Shown here piece after piece: positions 27,305-38,422 of a stretch of DNA of 64,000 bases. Origin of the DNA: Octopus sinensis (lineage: Eukaryota); NCBI RefSeq assembly GCF_006345805.1, contig NC_043010.1, forward strand, positions 28,458,001 through 28,522,000, written 5' to 3'. A program made the translations under genes and the position numbers. The stretch's first letter is position 1; each line of letters starts with the position of its first letter. The notes below the pieces were generated by a model. It was not told where the DNA came from and made no database searches. It saw only the letters and a program-made list of their open reading frames with translations.

Positions 27305-27722
27305 TGTAACGTGAAAGGATCTATCATCGAAGCACTGGCAGGGTGTCGAGATCCTTTCTAGTCACATACAAAAATTCTTGTAGAAAACAAACAGACGAAA
27401 CTCAGGTTAAAGGTGAACAGACAACTTGGTTTATTGATTCATGGTTGTACGTTGTCTGATGGGGGAATAGACAGCCTCTGATATACTGCTGGTGTTGGTC
27501 GTTGAGGTTGGTTGAAGTTGGTTGAAGTTGGTGTGTGGCTGTCAGAGCCAGGAAAACCGTGACCGATCGCAGTGCTGTCTTGAGCCGAAGAGAGAGATTT
27601 GAGGTTCGCGGGCTCGAGAGATGTTTTCCCGCACATGCGCATGGGGAAGACTTCCGGTGGCCACCCGGAAGTAGTCCCATTCTGCGCATGCGCGCCGAAC
27701 CCTACACTGTAGCATCACTACA
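27305..27722 (-). repeat. 5' LTR of the Gypsy element
   Basis: Adjacent to the PBS. It matches 22662-23079. Confidence 0.95.
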
Positions 27723-27751
27723 TATATATATATATAATATATATATTATAT

Positions 27752-27785
<34 letters not shown>

Positions 27786-27962
27786 GGGGGGGGGTCGATT
27801 AAGTAAGGAGAAACTGGAATTGATATAACACTTTATTCGTACGACGATCGTTTCGACCCATCCTGCGACTGTCCTTTATGGGTGGGATGCTGTCCATCAC
27901 ATTTAGTCCACAATATTACAACACACACACACACACACACACATTTACATATTCGTACTTGA

Positions 27963-28021
<59 letters not shown>

Positions 28022-28722
28022 GTGTGTGCGCGCGCGCGTATGTGAATACGGGTCAATAAATAACACCAATAGCCTTCTTTGGGATTATCTTAAATTAGGA
28101 AACTGAAAGAAAGTGGGGGGGGGAGGTTAGTATTTATTCAATTTCAGTTATTACAAGTTGGTGGTGGAATAGGAAATACGTACGTGGGCGTTGAATGAAT
28201 TTCACAAGTATGCGGATCTTTTTATATAAACATATAAATATATAAATAAAGAAGGGTTGGATATAGTGTGTTTAGTACAAGTCATTGAAGGCAAGATACT
28301 ATTGGGTTTGCCTGACAGAAAAGGGAAACAGGTGTGTCCAGTAGGCTCAAAATGGGAGTTGCATACTGGTGATATAATGTAAGAGAGGGTGCATTCTTGT
28401 TCACTAAGGGGAATGCGTTTCTGTTTTTTTTTTTTCTTCCACTCCCTTGTTTCAGTTATTGGACGATGGCCATGCTGGATCATTGCTTTGAAACGTTTAG
28501 TCAGACAAATCGATCCCCAATACTTGTTTTAAGCAAAAAATTTTCAGTCTGGTACTTATTCTATTGGTCTCTATTTCTCTTTTGCCGAGAGCACAAAGTT
28601 ACAGGGACGTAAACAAACCAACTGTTTGTCAAACGATTGTGGGGGACAAAGCCACACATACATATATGCATACATACACATATATATATGTGACTACATA
28701 TATGTGTGTCTAACTATCTGCT

Positions 28723-28770
<48 letters not shown>

Positions 28771-29235
28771 TACACACACACATACACAACACACACACAC
28801 ATACGACAGGCTCCTTCACAGTTTCTGTCTACGAAATTCACTCACAGATCATTGGCTAGACCCCGGCTATTGTAGAAGACATTCACCCGAGGTGTCATTG
28901 CAGGGGGATTGAACCCCAACCCATGTTACTGCTAAATGAGCTTCTTTTTTCAATAAAAGAAAAAAAAAACAGATAGGTGCAGGCGTGGCTGTGTGGTCAG
29001 AAGGTTGCTTCCTAACCACATGGTTCTGGGTTCAGTTCCACTGTGTGGCACATTAGGCAAGTGTCATCTGCTATAGCCTCAGGCCCACCAAAGCCTTGTG
29101 AGTTGATTTGGTAGACAGAAACTGAAAGCAACTCATTGTATGTGTGTGTGTCTGTGTTTATCCACTCACCATTGCTTGACAACTGATGTTGGTGTGTTTA
29201 TGTCCCTGTAACATAGTGATTCAGCAAAAGAGACC

Positions 29236-29332
29236 GGTGAAAGTAAAAAATGTGTACACCCGGTGTTTAGGGTTAGGGTTGGGATTTTTGTTATGCCGAA
29301 AACGGGTGGTGTACATATTCTTTACCTCCACC
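29236..29332. mobile_element. 97-bp MITE with 9-bp TSD (MULE- or Merlin-like) inserted in a SINE
   Basis: TSD aaagagacc at 29227-29235 and 29333-29341. 25-bp TIRs starting GGTG are 21/25 identical. The interior contains TTAGGG units. Confidence 0.8.
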
Positions 29333-29763
29333 AAAGAGACCAATAGAATAAGTACTAGGCATACAAAGAATAAGGCCTGGGTGCAATTTGTTCGACTAAA
29401 GGTGGTGCTCCAGCATGGCCACACTCGAATGACTGAAACAAGTAAAAGAATAAAAGTAAGAAAAGCAAGAAGTTTGTTGACATTTAGATTGGCAGGCGTC
29501 TGGCATATGATTAAAAGTTACTCTAAGCCATTCACCAATCTAACACTGATCAAATCAAAAATGTTTGTGTCGTGACTGTTCCACTCCTTTTCATTTAAGA
29601 CAAGATATCTAAGATAACATTGTCCAATGTTTCGTTTCTTTCTTCAATTACTGTTTTTGGAAAAGGAAATGAAGGCACCTTGGGCATGTGTCTTCTACTA
29701 TAGCCTTGGGCTGAGCAAAGCTTTGTGAGTGGATTTGGGAAACGGAAACTGAAAGAAGCCCGT

Positions 29764-29822
<59 letters not shown>

Positions 29823-30489
29823 ATGTTTGTGTGTCTGTGTTTGTCCCCACAACATCGCTTGAGAACCAATGCTGGTGTGTTTACGTCCCTGTAACTTAGC
29901 AGTTTGGCAAGAGAGACATGTATGGAACATGGTCGATGCCAGTGCCCCCTGACTGGCTCTCATGCCGGTGGCATGTAAAAAACACCATCTGAACGTGATT
30001 GATGCCAAGTCTGCCTGACTGGCTCTCCTGCTGGTAGCATGTAAAAAGCACTATCCGAACATGATTGATGCCAGGGCCACCTAGCTGGCTCCAAGTCACA
30101 CATAAAAAGCACCCATTAAACTCAGGGAATGGTTGGCATTAGGAAGAACATCCAGCTGTAGAAACCTTGCCAGATCAGATTGGAGCCTGGTGCAGCCACT
30201 GGCTTTCCAGACCTCAGTCAAACAGTCCAACCCATGCCAGCATGGAAAACAGACATTAAACGATGATGGCCGTTGCCAGTAACATGATCTTTGAATGCCG
30301 GGCCTCATGGAGGCGATGACAAGTGACTGAAACCTTTGGCCACATGCTGTACTTGAGAAGACTAATCTTGCCATGTGAAATCATGGTTGTGGCTGTTTCC
30401 AGTGTCATGTAAATGGCACCCATGGAATCATAGTCATGGCTGTTTCCAGTGTCATGTAAATAGTACCCATGCCGGTGGCATGTAAAAAG

Positions 30490-31300
30490 ACTGGAACTGG
30501 TAAGCCACAGGGTTGCACCAGGTTCCAGTCTGATTTGGTATAGTTTCTGAAGCTTCCTAATGCCAACCACTCTGAGACTGTAATGGGTGCTTTTTACGTG
30601 CCCCCAGCACGAGTGCCTTTTACATGACTCTGGCAACAGCCATGACTATGGCTTCACTTGGCTTGACAAGTCTTCTGAAGTCCAACATATTGCCAAAGGT
30701 CTCGGTCACTTATCATTGCCTCCATGAGGCCCAGCATTTGAATATCATGCTTCACCACCTTCCTGGATCTACCTCTTCCACAGGTTCCCTCCACAGTTAG
30801 AGACTGGCTCTTCTTTACACAGCTGTCTTCATCCATATGCACCACATGACCATACCTGCACATTCGTCTCTCTTGCACACCACATCTGTTGCCTCTTATG
30901 CCCAGTTTTTCTCTCAATTGACACTCTGTTGTAGATGCACACTGACATTGCACATCCAGCGAAGCATACTAGCTTCATTTCTTTCAAGCCTTCGCATGTT
31001 CTCTGCTGTCACAGCCCACGTTTCACTGCCATTGAGCATGGTTGTTCACACACAAGCATCATACAGTTTGCCTTTCATTCTGAGGGAGAGGCCCTTTGTT
31101 CCCAACAGAGATAGGAGCTCTCTGAACTTTGCCCAGCCTATTCTTATTCTACCAGCGATGCTCTCCGAGCATCCACTTCCACTACTGACTTGGTCACCTA
31201 GGTAACAAAAGCTATCAACTAATCTAGCTTTTTCCCTGGAATGTTGATAGAGTCTATTTTCTGTAGATTTTCTAGTGTTTATTGTACCTGTACCTCTGCC
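30490..31300 (-). mobile_element. RTE-related LINE 3' portion
   Basis: VDSFCYLGDQVSSG...IRIGWAKFREL...KGKLYDACV...RYGHVVHM...GRGRSRK...DRDLW, followed by the family 3' UTR. The same ORF end occurs on + at 43755-44040. Confidence 0.85.
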
Positions 31301-31336
31301 ACACACAAAGAATATTTTCCTCAAAGTCTATATAAT

Positions 31337-31531
31337 AGGTGTAGGAGTGGCTGTGTGGTAAGTAGCTTGCTTCCCAACCACATGGTTCTGGGTTCAGTCC
31401 CACTACATGGCACCTTGGGCAAGTGTCTTCTACTATAGCCTCGGGCCAACCAAAGCCTTGTGAGTGGATTTTGTAGACGGAAACTGAAAAAAGCCAATCG
31501 TATATATGTGTATGTGTGTGTGTGTGTGTGT

Positions 31532-31567
<36 letters not shown>

Positions 31568-31755
31568 TGTTTGTCCCCCCAACATCACTTGACAACTGAT
31601 GCTGGTGTGTTTATGTCCCCGTAACTTAGTGGTTTGGCAAAACAGACCGATAGCATAAGTACTAGGCTTACAAAGAATAAGTCCTGGGGTTGATTTGCTT
31701 GACTAACAGGTAGTGCTCCAGCATGACTGCAGTCAAATGACTGAAGCAAGTAAAA
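31337..31755 (+). mobile_element. tRNA-derived CORE-like SINE family B with internal (TG)n, representative copy
   Basis: ggagtggctgtgtggtaag (A box-like), ggttcagtccc (B box-like), ggcaccttgggcaagt (CORE-like), then (TG)n and a conserved tail. Other copies at about 21787-22127(-), 28445-28945(-), 28975-29455, 36607-36990(-), 41480-41886(-), 47555-47907(-) and 51260-51635. Confidence 0.8.
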
Positions 31756-32273
31756 ATATATATATAATTAAATTAATTAAATTCTATGTTTTTGTGCAGC
31801 TGAGGATTGCTCTGCATTTTAAATTGATATAATGATTGCATTGTTCAATTAAATGGAGTTGCATGAAACGATTGTACTGCATTACCTCTGGATATCCTTA
31901 CTGCTTATTTTGATAGGTATGTATGTATGTATGTATGTATGCATGCATGTATGCGTTTGTATGTGTGTATATGTGTTTGTTATATTTTAACATATGGTCC
32001 TATGTGTGAAAGATGTACAGAAAGTCCTCAGGCAGGATAGATTAAAACTGTCCTTCAGCTGCGAAGGGATTTTCTATGACCTAGATTCACGTGTACAATT
32101 AGAACAGTTTCACCTTTGATTGAAGGATTTTTCTCTAACAACACGTTTCTCATACTCTTGTGCTTCAGTTAGTGCAGTTGGAACAGACTTTTTTACAAAC
32201 ATCATTTGTTTGCTGGATCCTGTCAAACTGACCAACCTATGCCGGCATGGAGGATGAACATTAAGTAATGATT

Positions 32274-32306
<33 letters not shown>

Positions 32307-32524
32307 GTGATGGTGGTGGTGGTGATGACAATGTGGAAGAGGAGGAAAACTAGATTCTGAGGAAACCAATGAGAGTCTGTGATATCAATACTTACATACG
32401 TATTTACATATGCAAGTATGCATGCATGTATATATGTAAGTATGTAAGTATGTATGTATGTATTTATGTATGTATGTATGTATGTATGTATGTATGTATG
32501 TATGTATGTATGTATGTATTATGT

Positions 32525-33071
32525 CAGGTCACTTTCGAGTGCTACTGGTAACATGTAACCCAGTACAACCTGTTGCATGGTCGGGACGTCAGCGACTAAA
32601 CCCGCAACCCCACCAAGCTTGCTTGGTGAGGAGGGTGTTTATTGGACACCCTGCGGGATAAAAAACAAAACCTGTCAAAGGGCAGAGGAACTCTTGAGAG
32701 TCAACGGCTATCCAATAAATGTCTTAAGGCTGTATCAAGCACGGGGACATAGAAATAATCGGACTGAATACCCGATTGCGCGGTTAAACCATTGGGAGTG
32801 AAGGACTCCTAGCCTTTGTTAGGGCATCCTTCTAGAAGGTAACTCAGGTAACTGGGATAACTCCGACATAAAACCTGCGGCTCAGTGGTTACTAATAATG
32901 TTGACTTGTTCTTCTTTTCGGATTATGGCTGCTGTTGCTTAGTGAGTGGGATTGACTCAGTGCACAGCCTTTCCTCACTTTAAAAAAATATTCTTGCACA
33001 GGCATTGCACGATAACAACATTGATTAAGCTTCGTGCAATGGCCATACTCGATAACAAGGGGGCAGCCACC
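32525..33071 (+). mobile_element. Non-autonomous 547-bp derivative of the RTE at 17.6-21.7 kb (5' UTR fused to 3' end)
   Basis: 32605-33028 aligns with 17611-18059, and 33025-33069 aligns with 21696-21740. It has its own 11-bp TSD atgtattatgt at 32514-32524 and 33072-33082. Confidence 0.9.
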
Positions 33072-33178
33072 ATGTATTATGTATGTATGTGTATATATAT
33101 GTGCATGTATGTGTGTATAGATATATATATTAAGAAGATAAAATATAGAGGTAATAAATAATTTATATATATATATAT

Positions 33179-33699
33179 ATTAACAATTGAGGATAAAATC
33201 TTTAAAAGAAATTATCAGTAGTCAGCGTGAAAAACCTCGTAAGAGAAAAAATCCGTAAATTCTTCCTCTTTGAAAATATTCATTTATATTATATTGAGGG
33301 TACTACTATTCGTAGATACCAACACGCTAAGAGGGACCAATGCGGTCAAAACTACTAAAAATAAACAAAATTTTACCGAATGCAAAACTTCAAAACACAT
33401 CACTTTAAAAAAGAATTCAGTTACATATCACATGTGATTTCGCATTTAATGCAGAATATGCATTTCATGTTCATCAGTGCAACAAACTCAAGAAATATAA
33501 GAGAAAAACATAACATTACAAGCTCGATAGCCAACCGTAGAATTCGTCGTAGCATGTACGAATGTTTATCTTTACATATCTATGAAAATGGCGGGCTTAT
33601 TCGCAATGCATTTCGGTAACAAATTGTCTAGTCGGAATAAAAATTCAGTATTGAACTATTCCGGTGAAAAATATAAATTAACAATTGAGGATAAAATCT
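33179..33699. mobile_element. Direct-repeat-bounded segment between (TA)n tracts, possibly a Penelope-like terminal repeat
   Basis: A 23-bp direct repeat attaacaattgaggataaaatct lies at 33179-33201 and 33677-33699. The Penelope assignment is inference. Confidence 0.4.
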
Positions 33700-33701
33700 C
33701 A

Positions 33702-33764
<63 letters not shown>

Positions 33765-33798
33765 TATATATACATTTACATATATACATATACATACA

Positions 33799-33861
<63 letters not shown>

Positions 33862-35852
33862 TTACATATATACATATACATATATATGTGGGTGTGTGGT
33901 AAGAAGTTTGCTTCCCAGCTACATAGTTTAGAGTTCAGTCTCACTGCTTGGCACCTTTAGCAAATGCCTTCTACTATAGTCTCAGGCTGATCAAAGTCTT
34001 GGGAGTGTGTGTGTGTGTGTGCATTTGTGTGAGTGTGCATATAGGATTCTTCATCATAGAAATACAGAACATTTCGGAAGGCTTTGATTGAAGGGGAAGA
34101 AATTTCTTTTGTAGCCATTTCACACTTTCCTTATTCAAAAAATTCACCATTCTTCATGGCACACAAACCTGGTGTTTTTTCTTTTGTTTTTTTTTTACCC
34201 AATTTATTTCATCATAGTTCAGTATTGGTGCCAGGACTCAAACAGTTACCATTTTGGCCAATGAGCTAAAGTCCTGACAAACTGGATCACTGTAGCTCTT
34301 GTTCTATAAATATTTTCCCTGTTTTCGTATCTACCCACCCAAAACCAACCCTGCTTCTATGATATATACTTCCTGTTTTAAAGCGATCTAAGTTAAAACC
34401 GTCCATCAATTTCTATGTTAATTTCTGTTCTAAACACATCATCATCATCATTATGGTTTAATGTCCATTTTCCATGCTAGCATGGGTTGGACAGTTTGAC
34501 CTGGGATCTGGGAAGCCAGGAGGCTACACCAGGCCCCAATCTGATCTGGCAGTGTTTCTACAGCTGGATGCCCTTCCTAACGCCAACCACTCTGTGAATG
34601 AAGTGGGAGCTTTTTACGTGCCACCAGCACAGGGGCCAGAGGAGGCTGGCAAACAGCCACGATCAGTTGGTGCTTTTTATGTGTCACTGACATGGACGCC
34701 AGTTTGGCGGTGCTGGCATCAGCTACATTCGGATGGTGCTTTTTACGTGCCACTGGCATGGATATCATAACTACAATTTCCATTTGATTTTTATTTTGAT
34801 GTTGATGTTGACACCTTGACTCAATAGGTCTCAAGCACAGCGGGTCACTACGATCCCAGGTTCGCACAGCAGGCTGTCCTGCGAGCCATGAACTCACTTC
34901 ATTTGTTGGGTCTTCGCAGTCATAGCATATCTCAGAAATGACAACATTATTCTACTAAATTCCTTAATATTTTAAAAATCATTTGAAACAAAAGAAGTGT
35001 ATTTCAGCACTGGGGTGAGGGACATGTTGAATGCCATTAACCCATTTGATACCAATTCCCCTGAGACAACTCTTGTCCTGTGAATCAAACTTCCTGTTTT
35101 AAAGGAATTGAATTTTTAGTGAAAAGTGAACATGAATCCTGTGTTCTGGTTTGTGTTAAGGTGTGTGTACTGGTGGGACAAACAACAGTGAGTCAAAGTT
35201 AAAGAAATTTTTATAACAGTGTTCATACAACAATGGATGTGAATAAATAAAGGTTGTACAAATGTGGTTGCATTTTATGTGGTTGTTGCTGAAACAAAAG
35301 AGAGTAAGAAATGTGCCAGCCACATAAAGGGATAGCAGTAATGGCTAAAAGTGAAGCAAGCTAGCAGTCCTAGCTGGCTGTGTCAGTTGATAAATGACCT
35401 GCCTTGAAGGTGGAACAGCGAAAGACAGGAAGATGGTTGTCCCACTTGGGTTTTTATACATCCTTAGTAGAAGTGCGATCACAGCACCACCTACTGATGA
35501 CAGAATGAGGGAATATAACTCTGCCCTATTCCTTTTAGCCTTTATGGCCCTTGCTACAAATTTAAAATCTTCCATCAATATTTCATGTTCACTTAAGGTG
35601 TCAAACTGGCAGGATCCTTAGCATGTCAGACCAAATGCGTAGCTGGGTTTCATTTGTCTCTAAGTTCTGCGCTCAAATTCCACCAAGGTTGCCTTTGCCT
35701 TTCGTCCTTTCAGGGTCAATAAAATAAGTACCAGTTGAATACTGGAGTCAATGTAATTGACTGACCCCACCCATTCTCCTGAAATTACTGGCCTAGTGCC
35801 AAAATTTGAAATCAATATTTCATGTCCATTTTTCTTTCAAACATCAAGTTGA

Positions 35853-36326
35853 CCCTTTTGTTACCATATTCCTGTTGAGATGCTCTGTGTTTCTTTCCAT
35901 TAATTTTAAATATAACAAAGAATTTAGTAAAATAACTTGGTTATCATTAAGCTAGTGTTAGGAACATAAATTATGACTAAAGTTTGGTGGAAGATTTTAA
36001 TTCAGAACTTTTAAAAACAAGACATTTGTACTCAGAGCCAGAGGTGGTTCCAGCCGGATTGATATCAAAAGGGTTAAGAATTGTTTCTCTATTATATATT
36101 TTAACTCTTTTGTTACTGTATTTATTTTGAGATGCTTTGTGTTTCTTTCAATTAATTTTAAATATAACAAAGAATTTAGTAAAATAACTTAATTATCATT
36201 AAGCTAGTGTTAGGAACATAAATTGTCAATAAAATTTGATGGAAGATTTTAATTTAGAACTTGTGAAAACAAGACATTTGTACTACAGAGCCAGAGGTGG
36301 TTTCAGCTGGGTTGGTAGCAAAAGAG
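35853..36326. mobile_element. Two tandem piggyBac-type MITEs (35853-36073 and 36105-36326)
   Basis: Two similar units of about 220 bp with terminal cccttttg/caaaaggg and ctcttttg/caaaagag, bounded by TTAA (TTGA at the far left). Confidence 0.7.
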
Positions 36327-38120
36327 TTAAGAATTGTTTAAAATATTTGGGACAAGGACATTAATTTTAGGAGAAGTGGATAAGATGATTACATTGTGCT
36401 CAGTGTTTGACTGGTATTTTATTTTATTGACCACGAAAGGATGAAAGACAAATTTGAGCTCAGTGGCATTTGAACTTAGAATTTAATGAGCCAGAAGAAA
36501 TGTCGCTAAGCATTTTGTTTGATGCACTAACAATTTTTCCAGTTCACCACCTTAAACACCAAGTTAATAGTGACTAAGTTATTTTACTGAATTGTTTTCT
36601 TATGTTCTTTTGCTTGTTTCAGTCATTTGACTGTGACCATGCTAGAGCATCGCCTTTTAGTCAAAGAAATCGACCCCAGGACTTATTCTTTGTAAGCCTG
36701 GTACTTTTTCTATCGGGCTCTTTTGCAGATCCACTTAGCTACATGGATGTGAACACACCAACATTGGTTGTCAAGCGATGGTAGGGTGGCAAAAACACAG
36801 ACACAAAGACACACACATACAAATACATATATGTACAATGGGCTTCTTTCAGTTTCCATCTACCATATCTACTTACAAGGCTTTGGTCGGCCCAAGGTTA
36901 TAGTAGAGGACACTTGCCCAAGGTGCTGTGCAGTGGGACTGAACCCTGAACTATGTGGTTGGGAAGCAAGTGTCTTACCACACTACCACTCTTATTCATT
37001 ATTTCCAAAAATTAATCGAAATATAGGCATTATATTACATGGTTCTGTTTTAAAAACAAAAGGAATATAGAAATAAAGGAGTAAAAGACATTTTAGGGAT
37101 ATTCTGTTTACAGCGAAGAAAAAAAGAAAAGCTGGTTTATTTTCATCTTAAATCCAAATAAAATATTAGGTTAGTTTTGAGGGTGGATGTTTTAACATGA
37201 ACTGTGGCAGAGTATCAGTTGTAAATATTTTTGGTGACAACTGTAGCAAATAATTCTACCCTTGTGCATTCATCCAAAATGGATTTTCAGTTGGTAGTAA
37301 ATGAGTAGACGTTTCAGCAAAATGGACAAGAATACTCCAATATGGCTGTTGGAGTTGAACAGATGTTGGTCTCCTAATATGCAACCATTCATGGAGGACA
37401 AGCCTAGCTTTTGAAAGTGGAATGCAACCACAGACAATGAAGACAAGATTATCTCTGGATCCTCTATTATGTGGAGCTTCAACATCCTTTTAGGTTTAGG
37501 GCATTAATTTTAAGGCGGTGAGCTGGCAGAAACGTTAGCACGCTGGGTGAAATGCTTAGTGGTATTTTGTCTGCCGTTTCCTTCTGAGTTCAAATTCCAC
37601 CGAGGTCGACTTTGCCTTTCATCCTTTCGGGGTCAATTAAATAAGTACGAGTTACGCACTGGGGTCGGATCTGGCCCCTCACACATACCCTACAATGTCA
37701 TTCCAAAAATCAGCAATCACATCATCGAAATCTTGTAGCTACCAGATGATGCATGATTAATTCAAAACAATGTGAAGAAACAAGCATTACATTTGACAGA
37801 GTAATCTGAATGCAAGATGGTGAGCTGGCAGAAACGTTAGCGCACCGGGCGAAATGCTTAGTGGTATTTCGTCTATCGTTACATTCTGAGTTCAAATTCC
37901 GCCAAGGTCGACTTTGCCTTTCATCATTTCGGGGTTGATAAATTAAGTACCAGTTATGCACTGTGGTCAATTTAATCAACTTAATCTCTTTGTCTGTTTT
38001 TGTTTGTCCCCTCTATGTTTAGTCCCATGTGGGCAATAAAGAAATAAGAATAATCTGAGTGCTAAATAGTGACAAAAATAAGAAATGTTGAAGGTTGTCT
38101 TTTTATATTTATTTATTTAT

Positions 38121-38422
38121 ATGCCCTTTTCAAGCTTAGCCAGGCTCATGGGCCCAGTTTCCTGTTTTCTGTGGTGTATGTGTTCCCCCCAGCTGGACGG
38201 GATGCCAGTCCCTCGCTGCATTACTCAAGAAACAGGAAGAGAGAGTGAGAGAAAGTTGGGGTGAAAGAGTACAACAGGGGTCGCCCCCCCCTCCCTGCCA
38301 GAGCCTTGTGGAGCTCTAGGTGTTTTTACTCAATAAACACACACAACGCCCAGTCTGGGAATCAAAACCACGATCCTCCGACTGCGAGTCTGCTGCCCTA
38401 ACCACTGGGCCATTGCGCCTCC
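38121..38422 (-). mobile_element. tRNA-derived SINE (family E)
   Basis: The minus strand begins ggaggcgcaatggcccagtggttagggcagc with A box TGGCCCAGTGG and B box-like GGTTTTGATTCC, and ends in an (ATAA)n-like tail. Confidence 0.7.

Larger units (their letters stand above)
22662..27722 (-). mobile_element. Ty3/Gypsy LTR retrotransposon, complete structure with disrupted ORFs
   Basis: 418-bp TG...CA LTRs at 22662-23079 and 27305-27722. PBS TGGTGACCCC (27293-27302, tRNA-Trp-like). PPT GGAGGGGAGCCC (23080-23091). Domain order is gag, PR (VDTGS), RT (AYVDDILI), RNase H (TVDASD) and IN (DLVGP, TDRGRQF, NGLVERFHR, GPF). Inserted in (TA)n with a TATA TSD that is ambiguous within the microsatellite. 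Confidence 0.97.

Noticed and set aside
27830-27905. Second hammerhead (minus-strand GAAACGATCGTC followed by AATAAA)
   Set aside because: The 3' half resembles a Penelope hammerhead, but no CUGANGA-like 5' core is present.
38121-38422. tRNA genes in SINE heads (also at 46651 and 48344)
   Set aside because: A and B boxes are present, but there is no intact cloverleaf and they continue into SINE bodies.
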